Shown piece by piece: positions 37,680-47,930 of a stretch of 64,000 bases of DNA; the first letter of the stretch is position 1, and each line of letters opens with the position of its first letter. The DNA is from Vicinamibacteria bacterium (GTDB lineage Bacteria; Acidobacteriota; Vicinamibacteria; Marinacidobacterales; Marinacidobacteraceae): positions 768,001 to 832,000 of the forward strand of contig OY729431.1 in NCBI GenBank assembly GCA_963422395.1. The letters run 5' to 3'. The notes below the pieces were generated by a model, which ran no database searches, was not told the DNA's origin, and saw only the letters and a program-made list of their open reading frames with translations. The position numbers were made by a program, and so were the translations under genes.

Positions 37680-39480
37680 ACCGCATGCCCCTTCCCGGCC
37701 TTTCCGCTGGATCCTTCCCTCCCTCGCGTTCGTCCTCTCGCCGGCTCTTCCGGCAGCGGCTCAGACCCCGGGCGAGGTCCGCGAGGATGTGCTCGCCCTG
37801 CTCGCTCCCGGCACCGAAGGCCGGGCGGTGGGGAGCCCCGGCGCTGCGGTCGCCCGGCGCTACCTGATCTCCGAGCTCGCCGCCGCCGGCGCCCGGCCGC
37901 TGCCGGGGCAGGACGGACTCGGCATCCCCTTCCGCTTCGTTTCCGGGGTGGAGGATCTCGGATCCTCGCTCCGGGCGGGCGGGCACAAGCGGTTCGGGAG
38001 CGATCAGGTGCGGGCGTTCGCCTTCTCCGAGACCGGCGAGGTGCGGGGCGAACTGTTCTTCGCGGGCTACGGGATCAGCGTTCCCGAGACCGCCGAAACC
38101 GCCTACGACAGCTACGCCGGCCACGAGATCGAAGGACGGATCGTGGTCGCGCTCCGCTTCTTCCCCGAAGGGGCCGAGGGAGAGGACCGGACCATGCTGC
38201 AGCGCTACTCCGGTCTCCGCGCGAAGGCGGCGGCGGCGCGCGACCGGGGCGCGGTCGGCATGGTGCTCATCACCGGCCCGGGGTCTCCGAATTCCGGAGA
38301 GTTGGCACCCGACGGTTTCGACATCGCGGCGCCGGGAAGCCAGGGCATCCTTGCGGCCTCGATCGATGGAGAAGCTGCCGAGCGCCTCTTCGCGGGGAGC
38401 GGGGTATCCGTCGGTGAGGTGCAGGCGGCGCTCGACGCCGGAGAGGTGGAATCCGGTTCCTTCGAGATTCCGGGGCTCGCCACTCTCGCGGTGCGCCTCG
38501 ATCGGATCCGGGCGAGCGGAGCGAATGTGGTCGGGCTGCTGCCAGCGGCGGACGGCAGCTTCGATCCTCCCTGGATCGCGGTCGGCGCCCACTACGACCA
38601 CCTCGGGCGCGGCGGCGCCGGCTCCCTGAGCCCGCACGGCCCGCCGGAAGTCCATCCGGGTGCCGACGACAACGCTTCGGGCTCCGCCGCGGTGCTCGCC
38701 CTCGCCCGCGCCGCCGCCTCGTCCCCCCTCGCCCGGCCGTTGCTGGTCGCCTTCTGGTCCGGCGAGGAGTCCGGGCTTCTCGGGTCCACCGCCTTCCTCC
38801 GCGACGAGGTCCGGGCCGATCAGGTGCTCGCGTATCTGAACCTCGACATGGTGGGGCGGCTCGAAGAGAACCGGCTCACCGTCCAGGCGATGGGCTCGTC
38901 GAGCGTTTGGCCGGGGATCGTCGAGCGGGCGAATGTGCCGGGCGGTTTCGACCTGGCGCTCGCTGACGACCCGTACCTGCCCACCGACTCCTCGGCCTTC
39001 GACAGCGAGGAGGTGCCGACCCTGAACCTGTTCACCGGAACCCATGCCGACTATCACCGGCCCTCGGACACCGCGGACAAGCTGGACTACGAAGGGCTCG
39101 CCCGGATCGCCCGTTTCGCCGGACTCGTGGTCCGGCGGGCGGCGGCGGCCGACCCCGCCCCGGACTTCATCCGGGTGGAGCGCACTTCCGCGGACACCCC
39201 CTCGCGCCGTTCGATGCGGGTCTATACCGGCACGATCCCCGAGTACGCCGCCGAGGTCGAGGGCCTGCTCCTCGGCGGGGTCATGGCGGGCGGACCCGCG
39301 GAGAAGGCGGGCCTCGAGAAAGGCGATGTGATCGTCGAATTCGCCGGAGCTCCGATCCTGAACATCTACGACTACATGGGGGCGATCGAAGCGGCGCGGA
39401 TCGGCGAACCGCTCACCGTGGTCTTCCTCCGCGGCGAGGAGCGCCATTCGGTGACGATGGTCCCGACGGCTCGTCCCTGA
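37672..39480 (+). CDS. M28 family aminopeptidase with PA and PDZ domains
   Basis: GAHYDHLG, GADDNASG, SGEESGLLGS, NLDMVG, DYHRPSD; C-terminal PDZ GGPAEKAGL. Confidence 0.92.
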   Translation: MPEPHAPSRPFRWILPSLAFVLSPALPAAAQTPGEVREDVLALLAPGTEGRAVGSPGAAVARRYLISELAAAGARPLPGQDGLGIPFRFVSGVEDLGSSLRAGGHKRFGSDQVRAFAFSETGEVRGELFFAGYGISVPETAETAYDSYAGHEIEGRIVVALRFFPEGAEGEDRTMLQRYSGLRAKAAAARDRGAVGMVLITGPGSPNSGELAPDGFDIAAPGSQGILAASIDGEAAERLFAGSGVSVGEVQAALDAGEVESGSFEIPGLATLAVRLDRIRASGANVVGLLPAADGSFDPPWIAVGAHYDHLGRGGAGSLSPHGPPEVHPGADDNASGSAAVLALARAAASSPLARPLLVAFWSGEESGLLGSTAFLRDEVRADQVLAYLNLDMVGRLEENRLTVQAMGSSSVWPGIVERANVPGGFDLALADDPYLPTDSSAFDSEEVPTLNLFTGTHADYHRPSDTADKLDYEGLARIARFAGLVVRRAAAADPAPDFIRVERTSADTPSRRSMRVYTGTIPEYAAEVEGLLLGGVMAGGPAEKAGLEKGDVIVEFAGAPILNIYDYMGAIEAARIGEPLTVVFLRGEERHSVTMVPTARP

Positions 39481-39503
39481 CCGGCCGCCCCGATCCCCCG
39501 CCC

Positions 39504-41321
39504 GTGCCGCCCTCCGGCAAGGTCCCCATCGAACGGGTCCGCAACTTCTGCATCATCGCCCATGTGGACCACGGGAAGTCCACGCTCGCCGACCGGCTCA
39601 TCCAGCGCTGCGGCGGGGTCAGCGAGCGCGATTTCCGCGACCAGCTCCTCGACTCGATGGACCTCGAACGGGAGCGGGGCATCACGATCAAGTCGAACAC
39701 CGTTTCGCTGCTCCACCGGACGAAGGCCGGCGAAACCTACCAGCTCAACCTGATCGATACTCCGGGCCATGTGGACTTCTCCCACGAAGTGCGGCGCTCG
39801 CTCATGTCCTGCGAGGGGGCGCTCCTGCTGGTGGACGCCGCGCAGGGGGTCGAGGCGCAGACCGTAGCGAACCACTTCGTGGCGATGGAGTACGACCTCA
39901 CCGTCGTCCCGGTCATCAACAAGATCGATCTGCCGGCAGCCGACCCCGAACGGGTGCGCGAGGAGATCGACGACGAACTCGGGCTCGATCCGTTCGAGGC
40001 GGTGCTGGCCTCGGCGAAGAAGGGGGACGGGGTGGAAGAGATCCTCGACGCGATCGTCGAGCGCTTCCCGCCTCCGGACGGCGACCCGGAGGCGCCGCTC
40101 CGGGCGTTGGTCTTCGACGCCCAGTACGATGTGTACCGCGGGGTGGTGCTGCTCGTCCGGGTGGTGGACGGGACCCTCCGGCCCGGCGACCGGGTGCGGC
40201 TCATGCACAGCGGCCGGGACCACAACGTGGAAGAAGTGGGCCTGCTGCGGCTCCATCGGGAGTCCGTGGACGAGCTCCCTTCGGGGTCGGTGGGTTATGC
40301 GATCTGCGGCATCCGCACGATCCGGGACATCGCGATCGGGGACACGATCACCGGATCGGAACATCGGGCGGAAGCGGCGCTTCCCGGCTACCGCCCGGCG
40401 CGGCCGGTGGTGTTCAGTTCGGTGTACCCGATCGCAAGCGACGATTACGGGGAGCTCGAAGCCGCGCTCGACCGGCTGGCGCTGAACGATGCGGCGCTCA
40501 CCTACGAGCGGGATTCCTCGACCGCGCTCGGTTTCGGGTTCCGCTGCGGCTTCCTCGGCCTGCTCCACCTCGATGTGGTGCAGGAGCGGCTCGGGCGCGA
40601 GCACGGGCTTTCGCTGCTGCTCTCGGCGCCGAGCGTGCGCTACCGCATCTCCACTCGGGACGGCGGAACGGTGGAGGTGGAGAATCCCGCCTGCTATCCG
40701 GACCCGGCGATCATCGAGGGAGCCGAGGAGCCCTACATCCGCGCTGCCATCCTGATCCCCGAGAGTTCGGTGGGGCCGGTCATGGAACTGCTGAACGAGC
40801 GGCGGGCGGCGTCCACCCGGATGCAATTCCTCTCCTCGCGGCGGGTGGAGATCGGAGCCGAGCTGCCGCTGGCCGAAGTGATGTTCGACTTCCACGACCG
40901 GCTGAAGACGCTGACCCGCGGCTACGGCAGTTACGACTACGAACTGCTCGACACCCGCCCCACGAAGCTGGTCAAGGTGGACATCCTGGTGAACGGCGAG
41001 CGGGTGGACGCGCTCAGCCAGCTGGTCCACGAAGGCAAGGCTCGGCCGCGGGCGCTCGCCTACTGCGAACGGCTCGCCGAGTCGATCCCGATGCACAACT
41101 TCAAGATCGCCATCCAGGGAGCGATCGGCGGGAAGATCATCGCGCGGACGAACATCAGGGCGCTCCGGAAGGATGTGACCGCCAAGTGTTACGGCGGCGA
41201 CATCACCCGGAAGCGGAAGCTGATCGAGCGCCAGAAGGAAGGGAAGCGGCGGATGAAGCAGGTGGGCAATGTGCAGATTCCGCAGACGGCCTTCATCGCG
41301 GTGCTGGGCAGTTCGCGGTGA
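39504..41321 (+). CDS. lepA: Elongation factor 4 (LepA)
   Basis: RNFCIIAHVDHGKSTLADR, ERERGITIK, DTPGHVDF, GFRCGFLGLLH, KDVTAKCYGGDITRKRKL. Confidence 0.98.
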   Translation: MPPSGKVPIERVRNFCIIAHVDHGKSTLADRLIQRCGGVSERDFRDQLLDSMDLERERGITIKSNTVSLLHRTKAGETYQLNLIDTPGHVDFSHEVRRSLMSCEGALLLVDAAQGVEAQTVANHFVAMEYDLTVVPVINKIDLPAADPERVREEIDDELGLDPFEAVLASAKKGDGVEEILDAIVERFPPPDGDPEAPLRALVFDAQYDVYRGVVLLVRVVDGTLRPGDRVRLMHSGRDHNVEEVGLLRLHRESVDELPSGSVGYAICGIRTIRDIAIGDTITGSEHRAEAALPGYRPARPVVFSSVYPIASDDYGELEAALDRLALNDAALTYERDSSTALGFGFRCGFLGLLHLDVVQERLGREHGLSLLLSAPSVRYRISTRDGGTVEVENPACYPDPAIIEGAEEPYIRAAILIPESSVGPVMELLNERRAASTRMQFLSSRRVEIGAELPLAEVMFDFHDRLKTLTRGYGSYDYELLDTRPTKLVKVDILVNGERVDALSQLVHEGKARPRALAYCERLAESIPMHNFKIAIQGAIGGKIIARTNIRALRKDVTAKCYGGDITRKRKLIERQKEGKRRMKQVGNVQIPQTAFIAVLGSSR

Positions 41322-42604
41322 GCAGCGTCGGCGATGTCCCTGGCAGCATCCTGGGAAATGACGCAATTAGAACGGAAATCGACGACCCCGGGGCGCCGGG
41401 GGTCTATGTCCATGTCCCTTTCTGTCGGCGCATCTGTCCCTATTGCGACTTCGCGGTGACCCCGCTCGGCGGGCGCGGCGAAGAGGGAGCGGCGCGGTTC
41501 GCGGGCTACCGGCGGGCGCTGCTCGGAGAAATCGGACTGCGGGCCGCAAGGCTCGGCGCCGACACGGTGTACTTCGGGGGCGGCACCCCGTCGCTCGCGC
41601 CCCCCGGGTTCTTCGCCGAGGTCCTCTCGGCGCTCGTCGGGCGGGGGCTCGCCGCCCCTTCCCCCTTCGTGGTGATCGAGGCGAACCCCGAGGACCTGGC
41701 CCGGGGCGCGGGCCTCGGGCTGGCGCGGCGGCTGGCCGGGGAAGGGATCTCGGGAGTCAGCCTCGGGGCGCAGTCGCTCGACGACCGCCGGCTGCGGTTT
41801 CTGGGCCGCCGGCACACCGGCGCCGAGGTCCGCGCTGCGGTCTCGCACCTCGGCGAAGCGGGAATCTCCTGGATCTCGTTCGACTTCCTCTACGGCACCG
41901 CGGGGCAGGCCTCGGCTCCGCTCCGGGGAGAGCTCGAAGCGGCGGCCTCGCTCCCGGGGGTGACCCATCTCTCCGCCTACGAACTCACCGTCGAGCCGGG
42001 GACCGCCTTCGGGCGCCGGGCAGCCGCCGGAGAGCGGCTTTGCGCCCGCGGGAAGGGGGAGGACTCCCTCTTCCGGGTGGTGCACGAAACCCTCGCCGCC
42101 TTCGGTTTTCCCGCATACGAAGCGTCGAACTTCGCCTCGGCGCCGGAGCAGCAGTCGCGCCACAACCGGAAATACTGGAGCGGCGCCGGCTACCTCGGCA
42201 TCGGACCCTCCGCGCATTCGTTCGCGCCGGACCGGGCGGAGCGCTCCTGGAACCACCGCAGCCGGGGCGCCTGGCAGGCCGCGCTCGAACGCTCCGTGCT
42301 GCCGACCGCCGGACACGAGACGCTCGCCCCTCCGGCGCGCGCCCTCGAGGAGCTGTTCTTGCAGCTTCGCACCACGGCGGGGCTCGACCTCGACGGCTTC
42401 GCCGCCCGCCACGGTGAGGCAGCAGTCCGAGCGAACCGGGACCTTTTCACCGGTTGGGAAACCCGCGGGCTGGTCCGCATCGAACGGACGGATGGGGCGG
42501 CCCGGCTCGCTCCCACCCTCTCCGGGCTGGCACTCGCCGACTCGCTGGCCCGCGAAGTGGACCTCTCCCCGGTTCGAGGAGCCCCCGAAAGGGCTGCGGC
42601 GTGA
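41318..42604 (+). CDS. hemW: Radical SAM heme chaperone HemW
   Basis: YVHVPFCRRICPYCDF, YFGGGTPS, EANP, YEASNF, HNRKYW, YLGIGPSAHS; follows lepA. Start uncertain. Confidence 0.9.
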   Translation: MSSVGDVPGSILGNDAIRTEIDDPGAPGVYVHVPFCRRICPYCDFAVTPLGGRGEEGAARFAGYRRALLGEIGLRAARLGADTVYFGGGTPSLAPPGFFAEVLSALVGRGLAAPSPFVVIEANPEDLARGAGLGLARRLAGEGISGVSLGAQSLDDRRLRFLGRRHTGAEVRAAVSHLGEAGISWISFDFLYGTAGQASAPLRGELEAAASLPGVTHLSAYELTVEPGTAFGRRAAAGERLCARGKGEDSLFRVVHETLAAFGFPAYEASNFASAPEQQSRHNRKYWSGAGYLGIGPSAHSFAPDRAERSWNHRSRGAWQAALERSVLPTAGHETLAPPARALEELFLQLRTTAGLDLDGFAARHGEAAVRANRDLFTGWETRGLVRIERTDGAARLAPTLSGLALADSLAREVDLSPVRGAPERAAA

Positions 42605-43947
42605 GCCCTGCGGCAGCCGCGCCGCTCTCCTCGAAACGCATCTTCTGGGTCTGGCTGCCGATGGCGGCCACCTGGCTGATGATGTCGGTCGAGGGGCTGC
42701 TGATCGCTGCGGTGGTGGCGCGGCTCCCCGAAGCCACGGTGAATCTCGCAGCGTTCGGGATCGCGTTCGGGTTCGCGCTCATCCTCGAAGCGCCGATCAT
42801 CATGATCCTGAGCGCTTCCACTGCGCTCTGCCGCGACCGGGAGGCGTTCCTCGCGCTCAGGCGCTTCGGCGCGTCGCTGAATCTGATGCTCTCGGTGGTG
42901 GTGGTGGTGTGGGCCGCCACCCCGTTCTACGGCACCTTCGCCGAAGAAGTGATGGGTCTGGACCCGGAGACCGCGCGCCTCAGCCGTCTCGCGCTGCTCT
43001 CGTTCCTGCCGTGGCCGGCGGCGATCGGCTATCGCCGCTTCTACCAGGGAGTGATGATCCGACACGGGCACACGCGGCGGATCGCCTACGGAACCATGAT
43101 CCGCCTGGCGGGCATGGGAGGGACCGCGCTCGCGCTCTTCGAATCGCCGATTCCGGGAGCGATCATCGGCGCGGCGGCGCTTTCGGCGGCGGTGCTGCTC
43201 GAGGCTGCGGTCACCCGCCTGATGGCTCGGGACGCGGTCCGCGCCGTGCTCCGCACCCCCCGCGCCGGAGGAGAGCCGCTCACCACTCCCCGGATCCTGC
43301 GTTTCTACATCCCGCTGCTCGTCAGTTCGATCATCGCGCTCGCGATCCACCCGCTCGTCAACCTGTTCCTCGGCCACTCCCGGCTCGCGCTGGAGTCGCT
43401 CGCCACCTACCCGGTGGTGGCGTCGCTCTCCTTCGTGTTCCGCAGCATGGGGCTCTCGTTCCAGGAGGTGGCGATCGCCTTCATGGACGGAAGCCGTCAG
43501 CGCTTCCGGGCGCTCCTGCGTTTCGCCCTCGGGCTGGGAGCGGCCGCCTGCGTCGCTCAGGGGGTGATCGCCCTGACCCCCCTCGCCGGGCTCTGGTTCC
43601 GTGGGATCGCCGCCCTCGGCCCTCGGCTCGTGGATCTCTCGGTGCCGGCGCTGCAGGTGCTGGTGCTGATGCCCTTCCTGTCGGTACTGCTCGCCTTCTG
43701 CCGTGCGCTCCTCGTCTGGAGCGGCGAGACGCGCGCGATCACCTGGGCGGGAATCCTGGAGACGGTAGTGGTGATCGGCACCCTCTGGCTGCTGATCGAG
43801 CCGCTGCACCTGGTGGGAGTCTTCGCGGCGTCCTGGGCGACGCTGGCCGCGCGGGGAGTGGATCTGCTCGCGCTCTACTACTGGTCGGCCCCGATCGCCC
43901 GCCGGCTCGATCCAGGCGGTGCGCATGAGGGGGCCTCCGGCGGGTGA
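42601..43947 (+). CDS. MATE/MOP-superfamily-like membrane protein
   Basis: About 12 hydrophobic helices in two repeats (FWVWLPMA / FYIPLL); GTGA overlap with hemW. Confidence 0.7.
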   Translation: MSPAAAAPLSSKRIFWVWLPMAATWLMMSVEGLLIAAVVARLPEATVNLAAFGIAFGFALILEAPIIMILSASTALCRDREAFLALRRFGASLNLMLSVVVVVWAATPFYGTFAEEVMGLDPETARLSRLALLSFLPWPAAIGYRRFYQGVMIRHGHTRRIAYGTMIRLAGMGGTALALFESPIPGAIIGAAALSAAVLLEAAVTRLMARDAVRAVLRTPRAGGEPLTTPRILRFYIPLLVSSIIALAIHPLVNLFLGHSRLALESLATYPVVASLSFVFRSMGLSFQEVAIAFMDGSRQRFRALLRFALGLGAAACVAQGVIALTPLAGLWFRGIAALGPRLVDLSVPALQVLVLMPFLSVLLAFCRALLVWSGETRAITWAGILETVVVIGTLWLLIEPLHLVGVFAASWATLAARGVDLLALYYWSAPIARRLDPGGAHEGASGG

Positions 43948-43954
43948 AGCGCGT

Positions 43955-45508
43955 TCATGCGGAGCGCCACTTCCCCAGGATGGTTTCGATCTCCTCCACC
44001 AGCGGCTGGATGCCGCTCTCTTTCCGTTTCGCCTCCATCCGGGCGACCGCCCGACAGATGTCCGGCGAATTCTCGGGGAGCGGCTCCGACAGCTCGCGGA
44101 GCTTCGCCTTGGCGATCTCGGAAGGCCGATCGGACGCGGCGGCATAGACGCTGTCCAGCCGCGCCGTCCGCGCGGAGAGGTCGTCCCGGGTCATCCTGAG
44201 CTCCGGGGCGGTGCGCTCCGGGTCCTGCACCAGCCGCTCCCAGATCCAGACCTCGGGGGCGGCACCGCCGGGAAGGAACAACACCGGGGCTTCTTCGGTT
44301 CCGGCCGCTTTCCGGATTTTCTCTTCCAGGGACCGCTGCCTCTGATCTCCGTCGAGGACGAACACGAAATTCTGGATCTGGCCGAACTTCCGAAAGGCGG
44401 CGGCGTGTGCCGGGAACTCGTCGGCGCCGGTGTCTCGTCCGATACGGACCGATTCGGGCCGAATCCGCAGCCGGGGCAGCAGGACATCGAAAACGCCGCG
44501 CAGGACGCCCTCGGCGGCTTCGTCTTCGCAGAGGAAGCCGAGCGCGCCGGTGGAGCGCCCGTAGAGCGCATCCTGCACCAGGTCCCGGTAGGGAGGGCGA
44601 ACGATCACCCGGCCGCTCTCCTCCCGCTCCAGGAAGATGCGCCCGTGAGGCGGGACCGCATCGAGCACGACCGGACTGTGGGTGGTCACGAGGACCTGCA
44701 GGTCGTTTCGCAGCGCGAGTTCTTGCAGATGCAGCATGAGGAGCTGCTGTACCCACGGGTGGAGCCCGGCCTCCACCTCGTCGATCAGCACCAGCGCGCC
44801 GCGGACCTGGGCGATCTCCTGCGACAGCCGGAAGAGGGCCCGTTCGCCGGCGGCCATGTGCAGCTCGGAATAGGCCGCTCCACCCTCCTGGGAAGCGAAC
44901 AGCAGATTTTTCCTGCCGCTCGTCAGATCCAGGACTCGCGAATAGCGGAACGGGAGCATTCGCTGCGCGAATTCGATCTGGGAGGCCGTCAGCGGTGCTT
45001 CTTTCGGCGCGGAACGCAGCCGCGACATGCTCAGAACCCCGCGCACTTCGGCCGGGTTGCTCAGATTGCTGAGCGTCCGCAGATAGACCGGCCGTTCCGG
45101 CTGGACCGCCCCCCTTCTCCCCTCGAAGCTGCGGTTCCATCCCTTGGATCGCCGCCAGCGCATCGACATCCGGCCGTCCGGCGTCGAGTATTCGAATCCG
45201 AGGACCACTTCCTTCGACTCGTCGCGCAGGTCGCCGACTCGGGGCCGGTAATCGGGGAAGAGCGTGGACGGCACGAAATCTCTGACACCCGCTCCCGGGA
45301 CCCGGTAGGCGCAGGCCGCCGCGAAGAGCACGGTGGACTTGCCGCTCGCGTTGCCTCCGGCGATCACGCTCACCGGATAGTCGAACCCCACCCGGAGGTC
45401 TCCGACCCCGCGAATTCCCCGGAGCCGCACCTCGGCCAGGAAGTGCGGCAGGTGAGGCTTCTTTCCCTGCAAGCGCTCCCACAGCCGGTGGAGCCGCTGC
45501 TGCATCAT
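43955..45508 (-). CDS. ABC-type ATPase fused to TOPRIM-like domain (OLD-like putative defence nuclease)
   Basis: GGNASGKS, MAAGE, LIDEVEAGLHP, TTHS; C-terminal FLCEDEAA and VLDGD (TOPRIM E...DxD). Confidence 0.8.
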   Translation of the reverse strand: MMQQRLHRLWERLQGKKPHLPHFLAEVRLRGIRGVGDLRVGFDYPVSVIAGGNASGKSTVLFAAACAYRVPGAGVRDFVPSTLFPDYRPRVGDLRDESKEVVLGFEYSTPDGRMSMRWRRSKGWNRSFEGRRGAVQPERPVYLRTLSNLSNPAEVRGVLSMSRLRSAPKEAPLTASQIEFAQRMLPFRYSRVLDLTSGRKNLLFASQEGGAAYSELHMAAGERALFRLSQEIAQVRGALVLIDEVEAGLHPWVQQLLMLHLQELALRNDLQVLVTTHSPVVLDAVPPHGRIFLEREESGRVIVRPPYRDLVQDALYGRSTGALGFLCEDEAAEGVLRGVFDVLLPRLRIRPESVRIGRDTGADEFPAHAAAFRKFGQIQNFVFVLDGDQRQRSLEEKIRKAAGTEEAPVLFLPGGAAPEVWIWERLVQDPERTAPELRMTRDDLSARTARLDSVYAAASDRPSEIAKAKLRELSEPLPENSPDICRAVARMEAKRKESGIQPLVEEIETILGKWRSA

Positions 45509-46917
45509 GCTCTCGGCTTCCCTCCGGGGAAAGGATAGGCAGCAGCCCCCGAGGCGCCGGATGCCCTCGGGGGGCCGCCGGTCCTCTGCCGCCGGCGGAA
45601 GACCGCGTAGGCGAGGAGGCCGAGGCCGAGGAATCCCAGCGAGAACCACATCCCCGAGGGGGGGCCGGTGAAGAAGAGCGCGATCCAGAGGGCGAGCGAG
45701 AACAGCGCCGGGATCGGATAGAGCCACATCCGGAAGGGCTGGGCGATGTCCTTTCGGTACCGCGCGATCAGCAGCACCGCGATGCACTGCCAGGCGAAGC
45801 GGAGGAGGATCTGGACCTGCATGAGCCAGTTCACCAGCTGCCCCAGGCTGAAGAAGCAGAACGGGATCGAGGCGGCGATCAGCCAGAGCAGCGACACATG
45901 GGGGAAGCCCCGGGTCGGGTGGAGCCGACCGAAGACGGCGAAGAACTGGCCGTCCCGCGCGGCGGCGTAGGGCATTCGGGAGTAACCGAGCGCGAAGGCG
46001 AAAACCGAAGCGATCGCGACGAAGAGGATCAGCGCGGTGATCACCGAACCCGCCATCGCGGCGAGGGCGGGATCCTCGACGGACGCGGCGATGAAAGTGG
46101 AGGCGATGGTGGTGCTGCCTTTCGCTTCCTGCCAGGGGATGCTGCCCAGCATCACCGTGCTCATGGCGATGTAGATCGCCGCCACCACCGCGATCGAGAG
46201 CAGGATGGAGCGGGGGACATTGCGTGCCGGGTTCTTCACCTCGCCCGCGATGTTGCAAACCTGGTTGTAGCCGCCGAAGCTGTACATGGCGATCACCGCG
46301 GCGGCGCCGAGCGCGGGCCAGAAGCCGGCGTCGAAGCCCTGCGGCGGGGTGAAAGAGGGTAGGCCCGGGCTTTCGATCAGCCCGGCGGCGATCACCCAGC
46401 CGGTGGTGGCGAGGACCAGCGCCAGCATCGCCTTCGAAAGCCGCTCCACCGATTCGATGTTCCGGTAGAGGAGGAAGAGCACCAGCACGCAAACCGAGGC
46501 GGCGGCGAGGTGGTGGGGCAGCCCGTGGAGGTTCGGCAGGTAGAAGCCCAGGTAGTCGGCGAACCCCACCGCTCCGCCGGCGAGCGACAGCGGCGCCACC
46601 AGCAGGATGTGGAACAGGAACAGGAAGGCCATCAGCCGACCGAGCCCGAAGGGGCGAAACGCCTCCCGGAGGTAGAGATAGGGGCCTCCGTTTCCGGGGA
46701 GCGCCGCCCCGAGCTGGGCATAGACCAGCCCGTCGGCCAGCGAGAGCAGGGCGCCGACGAGCCAGGCCCAGAGGATGTGCGGCCCCTCCATCGCCGCCAC
46801 CATCAGTGGAATCGTCAGGAAGGGGCCGATCCCCACCATTCCGATGATGTTCGTCGCGGTGGCCCCGGAGAGGCCCATCCGCCGCGCCAGCGGTCCGCCC
46901 GATCCTGCTCTGCTCAT
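45505..46917 (-). CDS. APC-family amino acid permease
   Basis: MVGIGPF, LPGNGGPYLYL, GYNQVCNIAGEVKNPARNVP, SRMPYAAARDG. Confidence 0.92.
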   Translation of the reverse strand: MSRAGSGGPLARRMGLSGATATNIIGMVGIGPFLTIPLMVAAMEGPHILWAWLVGALLSLADGLVYAQLGAALPGNGGPYLYLREAFRPFGLGRLMAFLFLFHILLVAPLSLAGGAVGFADYLGFYLPNLHGLPHHLAAASVCVLVLFLLYRNIESVERLSKAMLALVLATTGWVIAAGLIESPGLPSFTPPQGFDAGFWPALGAAAVIAMYSFGGYNQVCNIAGEVKNPARNVPRSILLSIAVVAAIYIAMSTVMLGSIPWQEAKGSTTIASTFIAASVEDPALAAMAGSVITALILFVAIASVFAFALGYSRMPYAAARDGQFFAVFGRLHPTRGFPHVSLLWLIAASIPFCFFSLGQLVNWLMQVQILLRFAWQCIAVLLIARYRKDIAQPFRMWLYPIPALFSLALWIALFFTGPPSGMWFSLGFLGLGLLAYAVFRRRQRTGGPPRASGASGAAAYPFPGGKPRA

Positions 46918-47045
46918 GGGGGAAGCCTCTCACTTCCTCGAGGCATCGCGGAGGCGGTGCGCCGTGCAGCCCGTCCGGTATCGTTTCGGAATCCGCCGGG
47001 AATCCACGCGGCGGCCCGGATCGAGACCCCGAGGAGGTCAAAGGC

Positions 47046-47705
47046 ATGTCCCTCCGCATCGGCGACACCGCCCCCGACTTCACCGCCCGCACCACCCAGG
47101 GAACCCTCCGCTTCCACGACTGGATCGGCGGCGGCTGGGCGATCCTCTTCTCCCACCCCAAGGACTTCACCCCGGTGTGCACCACCGAGCTCGGCTACCT
47201 GGCGGGGCTTCGTCCGGAGTTCGAAAAGCGCAACTGCAAGATCCTGGGGCTGAGCGTGGACCCGGTCGAGGACCATGAGCGCTGGATCCATGACATCGAG
47301 GAAACCCAGGGCCATGCAGTGGACTACCCGCTCGTCGGCGACGACGACCTCGCGGTGGCGAAGCTCTACGGCATGATCCATCCGAACGCGCTCGGCGGAA
47401 ACCGCACCGCGCTGGACAACATGACGGTGCGCTCGGTATTCGTCGTCGGCCCCGACAAGCGGGTGAAGCTCATCCTCACCTACCCGATGACCACCGGGCG
47501 GAACTTCGACGAAGTGCTGCGGGTGCTCGATTCGATGCAGCTCACCGCCGAGCACGAGGTCGCCACTCCGGTCAACTGGAAGCGCGGCGACGAGGTGATC
47601 ATCGTCCCCGCGGTCTCCGACGAGGCGGCGCGTGAGAAGTATCCCGACGGCTGGCGGGCGCCGAAGCCCTACCTGCGCCTCGTCGCCCAGCCCGGCAGCG
47701 AGTAG
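47046..47705 (+). CDS. 1-Cys peroxiredoxin (Prx6)
   Basis: FSHPKDFTPVCTTE, YPMTTGRNFDE, ATPVNW, YLR. Confidence 0.96.
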   Translation: MSLRIGDTAPDFTARTTQGTLRFHDWIGGGWAILFSHPKDFTPVCTTELGYLAGLRPEFEKRNCKILGLSVDPVEDHERWIHDIEETQGHAVDYPLVGDDDLAVAKLYGMIHPNALGGNRTALDNMTVRSVFVVGPDKRVKLILTYPMTTGRNFDEVLRVLDSMQLTAEHEVATPVNWKRGDEVIIVPAVSDEAAREKYPDGWRAPKPYLRLVAQPGSE

Positions 47706-47870
47706 CCGGCACTCCTGGAATACGCCCCGCGCTCTCCGGACGCGGGGAGCTCGCACGCAGCGAGGCAGGCACTGGGAGGCGGGCACTGGGATACGCCGTC
47801 GCCGGGCCAGGGAGTGCGGAGCGCCTCGCCACTCGGCGCTGCCGGCTCCGGGAGTTCCCGCGAAGGGGGA

Positions 47871-47891
47871 TCAGCAGCCGCTGATGAAGTG
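47871..47891. repeat. Solo end of the MITE family
   Basis: TCAGCAGCCGCT-GATGAAGTG versus MITE left end TTAGCAGCCTGTGGATGAAGTG. Confidence 0.5.
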
Positions 47892-47930
47892 CTGTGTGTG
47901 CCGCCCCGACGCCGCGCTCGCATGAACGAT

